A stretch of DNA of 64,000 bases from Phoronis australis. Taxonomy: Eukaryota; Animalia; Phoronida. Shown here piece after piece: positions 1-12,549 of the stretch. The position numbers were made by a program, and so were the translations under genes. The notes under the pieces are model-generated. The model had not been told where the DNA came from. It saw only the letters and a list, made by a program, of their open reading frames with translations, and made no database searches. Where the stretch lies: contig NMRA01000205.1 in assembly GCA_002633005.1 (NCBI GenBank), positions 215,498 through 279,497 of the forward strand, in the 5' to 3' direction. Position 1 is the stretch's first letter; every line of letters starts with the position of its first letter.

Positions 1-24
1 GCATTGCTCTGTTGTTGCTGGTGG

Positions 25-25
<1 letters not shown>

Positions 26-76
<51 letters not shown>
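26..76. repeat. (GTT)17 microsatellite
   Basis: Pure GTT run at 26-76, with degenerate GTT/GGT/GCT units from 11. Confidence 0.97.
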
Positions 77-78
<2 letters not shown>

Positions 79-2476
79 ATTATAAATGATTCCGATGATA
101 TCTCAGTGTAACACGTAAATAACCGTCGCCATCGACATAAATTGTCGCCCGGCCAAAAATATTTTATATCGATGGCGGCAGTGTCGTAACCAGATGAATA
201 CGGGTCGCATGTACATCCTTATTTTGCTAACGCCGTTATGATCGTTGACTGTGGGGGGTCGTGATTGCTACGGTAATACTGACATTACCAGAGCATCTGA
301 GATAGGAGGCAAATGTTGCAACTGGGATGGCCATTGTTGCGGAGGAGCCAGTCGGGGACGCGCCTCTTTTCAAGGTTTAAAAATAAACGCCCTCTGTAGG
401 TTGGTTAGAAGATCTGGTGTACGGTGCAGATTCATTTGGCTCGGGCTGTCCTGGCATGAATTTCAGTTACACTGTTCGGAAGAAATACAAGGAGATTTCG
501 TCTTGGGCTGTATCTAATGCAATACACTCTGCCTGACATCTGCTGATGAGGATGCTGTATACTATATTGCGGGTGAGTAGCTTCAGCTGCGGCAGTGTGC
601 GCTCACACTTGAGCTGAGGTGATACTCTACGCTGTACTAAATTTATCTATAAATTCCTAATTTGAAGCCAATGTAATAAGCTTCCTCAATACGTTTCAAA
701 GCTACACAATAGATCTTTGTCTATTTTTCATCTGTTAGAAAATTCTTATTTGCAAATTTCGGATAGGTGGAGTAATAAGTTTATCACATTTTTCGTAAAT
801 CTTATTGCATCCTGAATTTTTACTGAAGAATATAATTGTTCCAAACGACGTCAACAGTCCAATATAAAGAAATGTAAAATAATTAATAGATGCCTGACTA
901 AATTCTTCCCATTGGCCAAAAGGTAACAATATATAGTTGCTATTTGACCTAGGTTAAATACACGACACTTAACTATATGTATTCCATTCCGTTCGTATCC
1001 TTGGAACAGAGCTCAACATTCCACAGAACATTAGCATAGTAACAGATCAATATATGTGATTAAAAGACCCACGATCTTTCGAAACATACTTGTTTCAGTC
1101 TCAAGTGAAAATAAAATGACACAGCCAACCAACACAGAGCAAAAGTTTGTAACACACACAGTGGGACACGGCAGGTGTGAAATACTGCAAAGAATGACAA
1201 ATGGAGGGAGTAACAGGAAAGTCACGCAAACAAGTGCAGCGTGGAGCGCAACTCTGTATGCTGCTCATTCAAAACAGGTTTCTCAAATGCAATCAAAAGG
1301 GACTCCAATACTTTCAATCACAGCACATCGTGCTTTGCGCATCGAACTGACGTGTTTTCTACAATTTCCTGAAGGGTGATTTTACCTTCATAAATTGCAA
1401 AAAATGTTCTTGCATGTATCGATTTTGAAGATGTACACATAACCGAAGGAAAATATATCAAACCCTTTGACCAATGCAACATTTGAACGAAGACATTCGT
1501 TTATAGGGCATGCAAACTAATAAACCGAACTGCACTGGGCAGCAAGGCGGACTTTCGCTTTAGAAATGTTATTTTTTCATGACGAAGTTGGAGGACTTCC
1601 TATTCCGATAATAACATCTAGGTAATCATCGGGCTTACAAACTTTAACATTATCCCTGATGATTTTCTTAATGGCGTGTTCCTCTAGGAGTTAATTATGG
1701 AACATAACATTTTTGTAATATTACAATGTAGTGATACGTCCTATATGTTGATTATCCTTCCGCACTAGTTTCATATACGTTCTTTTGTAGTTGTGCGCCT
1801 GCTGTGGCTTAGAGGTAACCTGTGCGCTTGCCTATTTCTCAGCGTGGGTGCAAATCGCACGCAAAGTTGTTTTCGACTTTCTCTCCAGTTCATTAAATCA
1901 CATAGTGACAAACCTAATTTTCTGAATGAAATGGGAATGTCATGACGAATTCTGTAACGATAGTGATGAGATCTTCAACATACCCAGTAAAGTTCTAGAA
2001 ATTTAAAATAATTTTCAGAACAATTTAAACTCCTGTAGAATACTGAAAACGACTTTTGACGTGCTGGAAGTATAATTCAAACTATTCAGAAGTAAAATGT
2101 TCTGAAATTAAGTTGGTCTGTCTCACTCAAAAGAATCAATAACCCCAGACTTGACATCGAAGTTGCATTCTTGAAGCTAATTGTTCAAACGAGTTGTAGC
2201 AATTAACCTTTAATTGTAAAATAATTTTATATTGGTGAAGAGACTGAGAGTAAATTTCATTGGCATTAACGAACAAAACATGCCTAACCTCAATGACATG
2301 ATCAAGCAATTAACCATTTATGAACTGACCTAAGAGCTTTTTACGGCAACGGATTTCCGCGCTTACAGTGTGACGATTGCAAACAATTCAGATTTCGCAC
2401 AAAGGTATCTCACTCATATTCATAACTTTATGGGTTATTACACGATTGTATCTGCCACTCGAGGCTAATATTGTGG

Positions 2477-2514
2477 TATAAAAGCAAATAATTCGACTAA
2501 AACTCTATCATACT
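2477..2514 (+). promoter_or_regulatory. Possible TATA box + initiator upstream of TRPV-like copy 1
   Basis: TATAAAAG at 2477-2484 and Inr-like TCATACT at 2508-2514, ~350 bp before the ATG. The paralogous site reads GATAAAAG (11005). Confidence 0.25.
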
Positions 2515-2867
2515 CTCCGTGACACAGATTGGATATTATGGTTCTTGGTGGGTGGTCCGTTTCCACACTGAGTCGTGTAATTCTCCTAAAGCGTAGGTCA
2601 CGCTTGCCTGTTTAGCAGACTTTGAAAGGAGTTTTCAAATTTTGTTCCAAACTTTGAAGGTTGTTGACGGTTACAGAGCATTGTTTTTCTTTTAGAAAAC
2701 TAGGTGGGAAAGCAGTTATTAATAACTGTTCATTGGTAGAAACTGGGTTGGTATCCTTTTAAAAGTCCAGCTATTCGACGAATGTTAAGGGTGACAAACA
2801 TCTGAAGGGCAATCCTTGAACTGCAGTGGTTCAAAATCTTGTCGTATAACTCCTCAGAACAACTGTA

Positions 2868-4617
2868 ATGTCTGTAACACCAGTAACCACGACATCTTGG
2901 ATTCCAATGGAGTACCAGACAATGCCAATTGAGGATTATCGAGACTGGTTCAATTGCTTGAGGAGTGGAGATGCAAAAACAGCAAGAACAATGCTAAGCA
3001 CAGCTACTGGTTCAATCAAAGATTTGATGATCAACGGAACCTTCTCAGGCGACCTACAGATTGACAAATGGTTGATGTTCGTGGAAAATACGAGTGGTGA
3101 GAAAATCGCAAGGAAAAACTTCCCACATTGCTTTAAACAGCCTCTGACTATCGCTGTTCTTTCGAAATCTACAACAATGGTACAACTTCTGTTAGAGTCA
3201 GGTGCTGACGTGTTGAAGAAAGAGGCAAATGAAAACAACATAATACATGTTCTCGTTCACTTAGCTAATGCTGAGCCCATGCTTGAGCATGTTTATGGCA
3301 ATATCTATACACTGATATCGGAGCAATTACGCAACTCTGGAAACATTGGTATGTTAAAAGTTTTACTACTTGCTGAAAACCGAACGAAATTACGACCACT
3401 AGAGTTGTCGAGTCAAGTACTTATATATTTCAACTGATTTTTAACACAGAAAGTGTGTACAGAGTAACACGCCGGAAAGGACTGCTCACAGAACACCTGT
3501 ATGACGTAACAGACTACAATGGTTCTCGAGCGACAAGGAGGCATGTGTCACCCCTAAAAATGCTAATGTTGACAAATTATGAAAATCTGAATGAACAAAA
3601 ATTCCAGACATTAAATAACAATCTGAAGCCCCTGTCTGTGATTTTTCGTAAAAGTATGCGCTGGATGTCTTTGATATGGTTTGGATACCATTTTCTGTAC
3701 GTGGTCAATCTTCTAACTTTTACACAGTACTACATGGAACTGACCACGAACCAAACATCATCTTGCCCCGACGATGGATTTGAAACAGCGAAAGAAACTT
3801 CAAGGAAATTTTTCATGTATTCAACATTCGTCGTTCTTCTTCTGCGCACATTCACCGGTGTACTTGGAGAAGCGATGAGACTTTATAGTTATCTAAAACA
3901 TCGAAATGCAACAAGGCAAAACTGGAAAGTTGATTACGTTGTCAACAATTGTGTGTTCCTTTTTTTGACAGTGTCCATGTCATTTTTGCTGCATATTTTA
4001 CTTTTATGTCGAACTGTTCTTCATTGCCTGAAACTAAAATATGGATAGCTTTGAATATGTTCTCCGGCGTAGGAGCATTCATGCGTATTCTTCAAATATT
4101 GCCGTTTATTGGTTTTTTAGTAATCGTTCTTCACCGCATGTTGATAATATTTGTAAAATTCTGCAGTTTACTAGGAATAGTTTTGACGGTTTTCGCTTTT
4201 GTCTTCAGTTTGTTAGATATACCTAATTTTGACGCTTTCGACAAAAGTATTTATTTTACCTTTCTCATTGTTCTGAACATGAACCCGGATGTTGCAGCCA
4301 CCGGCAGCAATGAAAGCGTGGTTCACACGTTTCACGTTTTATTCATCGTCATTGCGGTTATCTTGATGTTAAACTTTCTTATTGCGCTGATGTCCGATTC
4401 CGTGTCGAGGATGACAGGACACAAACAGTTCATTGAAGAGTTGTACAGGCTTGACGTGAGCCACGATTGTGAGATGTATCTCACGACTATACCCGTAGTA
4501 AGGCGACTGTTTAGTAGTCTCTTGGATCGTAGATATAAGATTGTGAATGGTCGGCGGTACGTTGCTGTAGTGGAGTTTAATGCCAGTGAAGCTGTTGCAG
4601 CTGAACATCCAGTGTGA
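2868..4617 (+). pseudogene. Intronless TRPV-like ion channel (ankyrin repeats + TM domain), copy 1, two frameshifts
   Basis: ORFs 2868-3437 (ankyrin: PLTIAVLSKSTTMVQLLLESGADV..NNIIHVLV..LRPLEL), 3455-4048 (YDVTDY, TM1-2) and 3949-4617 (S5-pore-S6 ILMLNFLIALMSDSVSRM, resembling TRPV S6/TRP helix) join via frameshifts at ~3418 and ~3960. At ~3960 this copy has T7 where copy 2 has an in-frame T8. Confidence 0.85.
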
Positions 4618-5236
4618 TCTTATGCTACCTGGTGTTATAAACAGGTGTGCAATAAGATATTCCGCGTAAATTCAGACTGTCACGGTACTGCCCACGGTGA
4701 GATACAGTGACCTCGAGGACGCGTTGCTTAGACCCAAGATATTATCCAAGCACTTAGAGGCGAAAAACCTTCGTTTATTGAACGGAAGCAGTATACTTAT
4801 CGCATAATTCAACATTCATACATCACTGACCGCCATTTTGATAGGTAACTCTAATAAGATATATGCTCGCGTGATTTTGGGTGGTATTGCTTTTTGGCGA
4901 GACATTTAGGCTTACGAAAGTCAGCTACGTTGGATCGCAATCCTAAAACAGTAGCAAAATCATTAGTGCTTTGGTAGGAAACAGGACGAAAACAGCTGGT
5001 CTTTCGCGGATGGAGTACGGTAACAATCTCGCCACACATCGTGACGATTGATCCCGATTTCCAGCACCTTAGTTCAAGATCGGGACAGTGCCTTAGACAA
5101 TGAGTTAGTTTTCAAGACTTGTCTTCGTATCTAAATAAAACTGACTTCGAAATAAAAATTGCGTTTATATTTTCCAGAGGGTTCATATCATTACCTCATT
5201 CATGGTGTGCAAAAGATAGATGTGTACAGAAAATGC

Positions 5237-5513
5237 CATAACGTAGAATTGCCGTGAAGACCTGACAGGGACCTGAGGGGTCTCAAACTTCACTGGCTTT
5301 TCTACACTATTCTTAAAAAGCTGTGCCCAGTTACACATTTTGTGTCATGAAAGAGATAATCATACCTGCAGCTGACGCGGCAAGTACAACTACTTTCGTT
5401 TATCACATTGGTTTAGACTCACAGTAGAACTGTGGTTTTCTGTTGAGCCCAGACCGCCCGGAGTTGGCCATATACCAACTCCGGACGGTCTCTCACGGCA
5501 ATTTAGCGTTATG
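5237..5513. mobile_element. 277-bp MITE with 21-bp imperfect TIRs (CATAACG...CGTTATG)
   Basis: CATAACGTAGAATTGCCGTGA versus the reverse complement of TCACGGCAATTTAGCGTTATG. Absent from the paralogous site in unit 2 (~17088). Internal 17-bp hairpin at ~5451-5491. Confidence 0.8.
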
Positions 5514-8500
5514 TGTATGACCACGCATTCAAATAAACAACAGTCGATTTCAATCTGTCCGCGGAGCAGTGGTTAGTTATTGACAAAAGCCCCTAAAGAT
5601 GAGGCTGCAACGTAGGCAGCAGAAATGACGAAACAACTAACCTGACACCTGGGTGCTTTTTATTTTCTTTTCCCATAAAAAGAAGACAGTGACATAAAAT
5701 TTTGTGATTTTGCCCTGTAATGAGTGCAAATATTTTGAGTAATCAACTACAAATAGATCATACTGCGTTACCGGCTTTAGCCTACTGATGCAATAATCAG
5801 TGTTTGCTAACAGAAAGTTGTTGTGAAACAATAACTCGATTTTATATGCTATGGTCAGATATTAGGGGAAAACCTTCTTCAGATGTACATACAGTATTCA
5901 AATCATTGTTATAATTGTGTATCTTTTCCCTGAACGATTCTGTGGAAGAGGAACCTGGTCTCGCGGCCCCCGACGTGTAAGTAGATTTGCAATTCTGCGG
6001 CGAATTCAGACACCAAAACATTCATATGCACATTATTTCTTTGGCTCAGTAGTCTAGTACTTTCATGACTTGAAGTTTTCAACTTTCGCAGCCGACTAAC
6101 CCGGCTGATTTATGTTCATAATGTCTCCATTCCGGCCGTGACGGGCCTGATCGGGTTCCGAGCCACTGGGATATAACGAGCGTTTAGTGTTTAGAACTGA
6201 AAAAATCGCCAGTCTAAAATTACAACACACGGCTGTGCTCTCCTGTCTGTATTTCACTCAAGAATAACTCTATCTCCGAACAGACTACAAACTTCCCGCG
6301 AACGACATCGGTAAGTGGCCTACCGAACTTTGTAGTCTGCGGCACGTTCAAAATTTCTATTACTCTGTAACAGCGAAATAAAACAACACATTTGTTTAAA
6401 AACCTAATGTAGTTTTAGGGTTTTACATCAAATTTTGATGATTAATTGGTGTAAAACAGTGACATCAAGCGATAAGCTGACACCAATAAGCAACTTGTGA
6501 ACTGCTGAGCAGACTGTGTTAGAACCTGTGACGACATTAGTTAATTTCAGCACCTCCGTTTGCCGTCTGGTGTCAGGTAAAAGAAGTGATTTGCTGTTAT
6601 CGAGTGAAACTACTACATCTAAATTGATACAAAATACGTTGTTTATTGGTGGCGTTAACCTTTAACCAATCTTCGGTCACCTGCATCATTGACGTCAACT
6701 TTCCATGTTTGCAGGAATCAACTAAAAACTCATACTCTTTACTATGTCAGAGATTGGACATTCTGGTCGTTAGTGGGTGGGCTTTTCCGCAGTTGCCGTG
6801 TAATTTACTAAAAGCGTACTAGGCCACGCTTGCCCGTTTAGTAGACTTTGAAAGGAGTTTTCAAATTTCCGTCCAAGCTTAAGGGTTGTGGAGAGTTACA
6901 CTGAGCATTATTTTGTTTCAAAAAACATAAAGGCAAACTCGTTTGTAGTTTCTGTGAATTGGCCAAAACCGGGTCTGGCATCCTTTTGAACCACCTCCTG
7001 TGTTATCTGAGCGGTTATCAGTATCAAATTCAGTCACATCCTGTCTTTGAACTAGAAAAAATCCATCCACTGTGTGATGTTCTTCGTCCACAGTCAACAA
7101 ACTCGTTCGATGAGGCCAGTGAAACGGATTGTTCTAAAATCCCCTCGACCCTACACCTCACGACCCCCTCAACCCACGGACAACGAGCCCCTCAACCCAC
7201 GACCCCCTTGACCCACGACCCACTTCTTACAATTCTCGAAGCTGTGTTCGACTCCGTTATGTTATTGATTCACCTTCGTCTGGTCGTGAGCTCGGCTGGC
7301 TTTCCATATTTTTTGCCATTAAGAGAATCGATTCAGCAAATTTCAAAGAAGCCAAAACAAAAAAAACGTGACCACATTAAATCAAGTACCCACCAATGTT
7401 ACAAATTGTTTCGTTCCCGGCAGAGTGTAAACGTCTCCTCTGCTCTTTAGTGAATGGCAGATTCAAGCTGTTATGGGGAGAGTGCGAGAAGGCCATGAAT
7501 ATGTAATTTTTTCAGTAAATACACATGTCAGTTTGAAAAAACAATCTGTTAATAGTCACATATAGCATATCGTATGCGAGTATGAGGCAGAAAGTAAATA
7601 ATAAAACTGAAATCATGTGTATACACGTTTTCGTACTCTCTCCCTAAATCAAGTAGAACAGAGTCCGTGACAACGATAGCACTCTCACAATCCGCCTTTT
7701 CATGCGCTGTTAGGCCAATTTCTGTTTTTAACCACCTTTATTGATCCAGAGCAGTAGGTAAGTCTAAGGGGAAAGTCAATCAGCGACGTAATAAGTTTTT
7801 GAAGTGTGTAAAAAGGGCAAAGATGCCTCTATTGCCGTTTGTCGTTGGTCGAGGGCCGGATCTTGGGATGTGGGGGTCGAGGGGGTTCTAGAACAATCCC
7901 AGTGAAACTGCAAAGTCATTTGCTGGTGTTAATGATAGACCCCTTTATGTGGGAAACCATTTCGTTCCTTTGATTTTCTCACATAACTTTTATTTCACGA
8001 TTACATGAATTTTGTCACACGATACGACTCGCGTACGCATGAGCATAACTTCGCCCTTATGTACACGACAGGGGCGGATCCAGGATTTTGATTTAGGGGA
8101 GGGGGGCAGGTCAGAGTATTGGCCACTGAGGATTTTGCCCGTCAGACATTCGTACCCTTGAACTGCCAAATGGACAGGGAATCTGGAAGAATTTTAGGGG
8201 GGCCATTAATGAGGGAAGTTCACAGGTCTGCGTGCATGGCCACTCTCCATGGGATGTGTGAGCAGGGTTGTTCGGCTTGGCTCTTAAATATTGAATGTTT
8301 CTCTGGGTAAAACGTTCACTTTTAATTAGCGGGTTATGCTCGTTTTTGCTGTAATAAATAGTCGCGCTCAAATTTTACAACCTTTCGCGCGAGGGGAAAC
8401 AAATTCGAATTTGATTTACTCTGTTCGGATATGAAAATATTTTCCCATTATTCTGTTTATGAGTTACAGGAATTTAATGCCCAGTTACCTTTTGCAAACA

Positions 8501-9870
8501 CCAGGTCAACCGAAACGGTCGTCACGCCCCCTGTAACCAGGCCTTCCGCCATGAAAAATCGTTTATACCGTGTGACTTTCCTTATTCAAATTAGGGTTGA
8601 TTTCTTGACTTGGAATGAAGTAACGGGCAAGAGTTTCAGACTAGGCTCAACTGACCAGTTGGTTTGACGTGTCGAGTCTAAATTTTTACGCTGAGCATGG
8701 AGTCAAGCGAAAATAAAACGTATATTCTTTGCAAGCCTAGAGACGTCTTGTGATAATTAATTAGACTGATGTTGATACCCGTTTTTACGATGGTAAAATA
8801 GTCGAATTTATTTTTGGACTTCAAATTTTCTGCAAAGCGCGCCCACCTTTTTATTGTCCGTCGTTGAGCTTCAGCACGAAACGGGAGACACAGTTATATG
8901 CAGATGTGCCATCTCAAGACTTAATAAGTCGAATTGGCTTATCTAAGCTTGCTCTCATTTTCAAGGTCACCAGAAAGTTTGAGTTCTACTGCGTTTAGGC
9001 CTAGATGCCACCTGATCACAGAGAAGGTGGATCCGGGGTCTGATCCTCTGTCTGAAGAGTTCATATTTGAACACAGGTTAGAGTCTAATCTACCGTCTTA
9101 ACACGTCCACCCACACTTCAATTGGCAGACCTGCCTTCTTGCTTTGAGAAGATAGCTTGCATGCCAAAGCGATAACTTTTGGTTTGGCACTGTTTGTCAT
9201 CGTGGTCACACGTTGTGTCGCCCGTAGCGGCGAGTCTTTTTTGTTCGAGTGTTTTGTCGTTTGCTTTTTCTTTATGATCGTTTCTCGGCCCACAAAATAC
9301 GTAAAATGTACTGTATCTTCCTCAGCATGTTCTAGATCAATAATTGATTGTATAGTATACTTCTATGCTCTATCTATCAGTGTGCTTACAGCGATACGTA
9401 GTATTTTAGCGTTTACCTGGGTTTTCTTGTTCAATTTCTTAAAGGTCCGATACGACCATTTTTAAAGGGTAAATGAGTTGATTTTTATTGATTTTTCCAG
9501 GTCATACCTGGTTTCTTAGTGCCTATATCTCTTTATTATCAGCTTCTATCGTCTGTTTCTTCGATGCTTTTGGGAAATAAATTAGTCAAGTTGCTGTTAG
9601 AATGTGTTAGTTACGTCATTAGAGACCAAGAGGCTGAATACACGTGATAGGAAAAGCTATTAGCTTTTTCTGGTGTAAGATTATCATAATCAGGCCTGAG
9701 AATGTGATGAATTTAAGCAACAACCCGATGAATGTTGCTGCTCGGGTTTCTTTGATCTCGAAACCCTCTCAGCTTTACTGAGTTTTCTGTTGTGAAAGTG
9801 GAGATGACATCATGCTGAGCGTTCACAAGTATGAGGTCAAAAATAAAAGCATAGCTGGGTTGGATCTGGT

Positions 9871-10300
9871 AGATGAATGTGGCTCCAGTTATATAGGTGA
9901 AACTGTTCGTCATTTGAAAACCAGGACCAAGAAACATCTAAAATCTGACAGAAATTCGCATGTAAATATTCACCTACAGAACTCCAATCATTGTTTTCAG
10001 CAGTGCTCTTTCAATGATTTTGCAATAATAGACCGGGCAGTAACAACAAAGGAGCTTAAAATTCGTGAGACTCTACTCATCAGTTGGTGCAAGCCCAATC
10101 TCAATAGGCAACTGGCACACCACAGGTTGTCATTGTTGGTCTAGTTCATTGTCACTCCCTGTAACTGACTGTATCTGTGCTTTATTACTTGTTGCTGGGC
10201 CTAGCTAGGTGGCCACTGCATTCTCTTCTGATGATTGTGTTTGAATAAATGACACCGAAACATGTCAAGTCAACTTAAAACCATTTTTGTTTTCTTGCTA
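9871..10300 (+). mobile_element. 5'-truncated Penelope-like element: GIY-YIG endonuclease C-terminus + 3' pLTR
   Basis: ECGSSYIGETVRHLKTRTKKH...FAIIDRA...LKIRETLLISWCKPNLNRQ (stop at 10144) is the typical PLE GIY-YIG end. A hammerhead-containing tail follows. Confidence 0.92.
10225..10269 (+). ncRNA. Minimal type I hammerhead ribozyme (PLE-associated)
   Basis: CTT-CTGATGA-T-[TGTGT..ACACC stem II]-GAAA-CATGTC-AAG: 3-bp stem I, palindromic ACATGT stem III and a GUC cleavage triplet (after 10266). Confidence 0.85.
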
Positions 10301-11365
10301 TCATGGAGATAATATACCTATATTGTGGAAAACGGGGGGCATTTCGAAAAATAACATTTTAACTATTCTGAAAGTGTGCAGTTTTGAACACTGAGCCTGA
10401 CCAAGAAAAAAGTGATTTTCTGAATAAAATGCGAATGTCATGACGAACTATGTAACGATAATGATGAGATCTTGAACATATTCAGTAAACTTCTAGTAAT
10501 GTTAAGTAAACTTTCAGAATAATTTAAATTCCTGTAGAATATTAAAACGTCTTCTGAAATGCTGGAAATATAATTCAAACTATTCAGAAGTAAAATGTTC
10601 TGAAATTAAGTTGGTCAAAAGAATCAATAGCCCCAGACTTGACACCGAAGTTGCAATCTTGAAGCTAATAGTTCAAACGAGTTGCAGCGATAAACCTTTA
10701 ATTGCAAAATAATTTTATATTGGTAAACAGACTGAGCGTAAATATCATAGACATTAACGAACAAAACATGCCTTACCTCAATGACATAATCAAACAATTA
10801 ACCATTTATGAACTGACCTAAGAGCTTTTTACGGGCAACGGATTTCCGCACTTTCAGTGTGACGGTTGAAAACAATTCAGATTTCACTGAGAAAGGTGTG
10901 CCACTCATATTCATGTTGAACTCGCTGAAAAGGACTCTTAATTAATGCTTTGCGATTTCAACCAACCCTCCAACTTGACGTAACCTGCTAATGCATTCTT
11001 GAATGATAAAAGGAAATGATTCATCTAAAACTCTGTCATACTCTCCGTGACACAGATTGGATTCTTGGTGGGTGGTCCCTTTCTACAGTTGTGTAATTCT
11101 CCTTAAGCGTAGGTCACACTTGTCTGTTTAGCAGACTTTGAAAGGAGCTTTCATATTTTGTTCCTAACTTAGAAAGTTATTGACGGTTACAGAGCATTAC
11201 TTTTATTTTAGAAAACTAGGTGGGATAGCAGTTTTTAATGTCTGTTCATTTGTCAAAACCAGGTCCAGCTATTCGACGAATGTTAAGGGTGACAAACATC
11301 TGAAGGGCAATCCTTGAACTGCAGTGGTTCAAAATCTTGTCGTATAACTCCTCAGAACAACTGTA

Positions 11366-12549
11366 ATGTCTGTAACACCAGTAACCACGACATCTTGGAT
11401 TCCAATGGAGTACCAGACAATGCCAATTGAGGATTATCGAGACTGGTTCAATTGCTTGAGGAGTGGAGATGCAAAAACAGCAAGAACAATGCTAAGCACA
11501 GCTACTGGTTCAATCAAAGATTTGATGATCAACGGAACCTTCTCAGGCGACCTACAGATTGACAAATGGTTGATGTTCGTGGAAAATACGAGTGGTGAGA
11601 AAATCGCAAGGAAAAACTTCCCACATTGCTTTAAACAGCCTCTGACTATCGCTGTTCTTTCGAAATCTACAACAATGGTACAACTTCTGTTAGAGTCAGG
11701 TGCTGACGTGTTGAAGAAAGAGGCAAATGAAAACAACATAATACATGTTCTCGTTCACTTAGCTAATGCTGAGCCCATGCTTGAGCATGTTTATGGCAAT
11801 ATCTATACACTGATATCGGAGCAATTANAACAAGGCAAAATTGGAAAGTTGATTACGTTGTCAACAATTTTGTGTTCATTTTTTTTGACAGTTTCCACGT
11901 CATTTTTACTGCATATTTAACTTTCAATTCGAACTGTTCTTCATTGCTTGAAATTAAAATCTGGATAGCTGTGAATATGTTCACCGGCGTAGGAGCATTC
12001 ATGCATTTTCTTCAAACATTACCGTTTATTGGCTTTTCAGTAATCGTACTTCACCGCATGTTGATTATATTTGTAAAATTCTGCAGTTTATTGGGAATAA
12101 TTTTGACGGTTTTCGCATTTGTCTTCAGTTTGTTAGATATACCTAATTTTGACTCTTTCAGCAAGAGTATTTATTTTACCTTTCTCATTGTTTTGAACAT
12201 GAACCCGGATGTTGCAGCCACCGGCACCAATGAAAGCGTGGTTCATACATTTCACGTTTTATTCGTCGTCATTGCGGTTATCCTGATGCTAAACTTTCTC
12301 ATTGCGCTGATGTCCGATTCAGTGTCAAGGATGACAGGACACCAACAGTTCATTGAAGAGTTGTACAGACTTGACGTGAGCCACGATTGTGAGATGTATC
12401 TCACGACTATACCCGTAGTAAGGCGACTGTTTAGTAGTCTCTTGGATCGTGGATATAAGATTGTGAATGGTCGGCGGTACGTTGCTGTAGTGGAGTTTAA
12501 TGCCGGTAAAGCTGTTGCAGCTGAACATTCAAAGGAAAATCCAGTGTGA
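11366..12549 (+). CDS. Intronless TRPV-like channel, copy 2; middle (~580 bp) missing at assembly gap N11828, possibly intact in vivo
   Basis: The N-terminal 154 aa are identical to copy 1. After the N the frame is open through NWKVDYVVNNFVFIFFDSF to the stop at 12549, with no frameshift at the poly-T. The C-terminus is 4 aa longer (EHSKENPV). Confidence 0.75.

Larger units (their letters stand above)
1918..9870 (+). repeat. Tandem segmental duplication, unit 1 (~8 kb)
   Basis: Collinear with ~10417-20920 from TTTCTGAATRAAATG.GAATGTCATGACGAA to AAAATAAAAGCATA..GGTT.GG.TCTGGTA. Roughly 85-90% identical by eye, with large indels. Confidence 0.93.

Noticed and set aside
125-179. 17-bp imperfect hairpin
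   Set aside because: Isolated, with no associated TSD, ORF or second copy in the window.
543-580. Other CTGATGA hits (543, 1657, 44887, 45213) as hammerheads
   Set aside because: No stem II followed by GAAA and a cleavage triplet.
1795-1870. tRNA gene (also 34935-35010)
   Set aside because: Only degenerate A/B boxes and no cloverleaf; at most SINE heads.
3410-3970. Programmed frameshifting or micro-introns rescuing TRPV-like copy 1
   Set aside because: Copy 2 is in frame at the poly-T, and the first break looks like a small deletion. Mutation or sequencing error is the simpler explanation.
6959-7450. 163-aa ORF and its paralogue 18698-19142
   Set aside because: The frame is not conserved between the duplicates, the sequence is low-complexity CCACGACC repeats, and no domain is recognisable.
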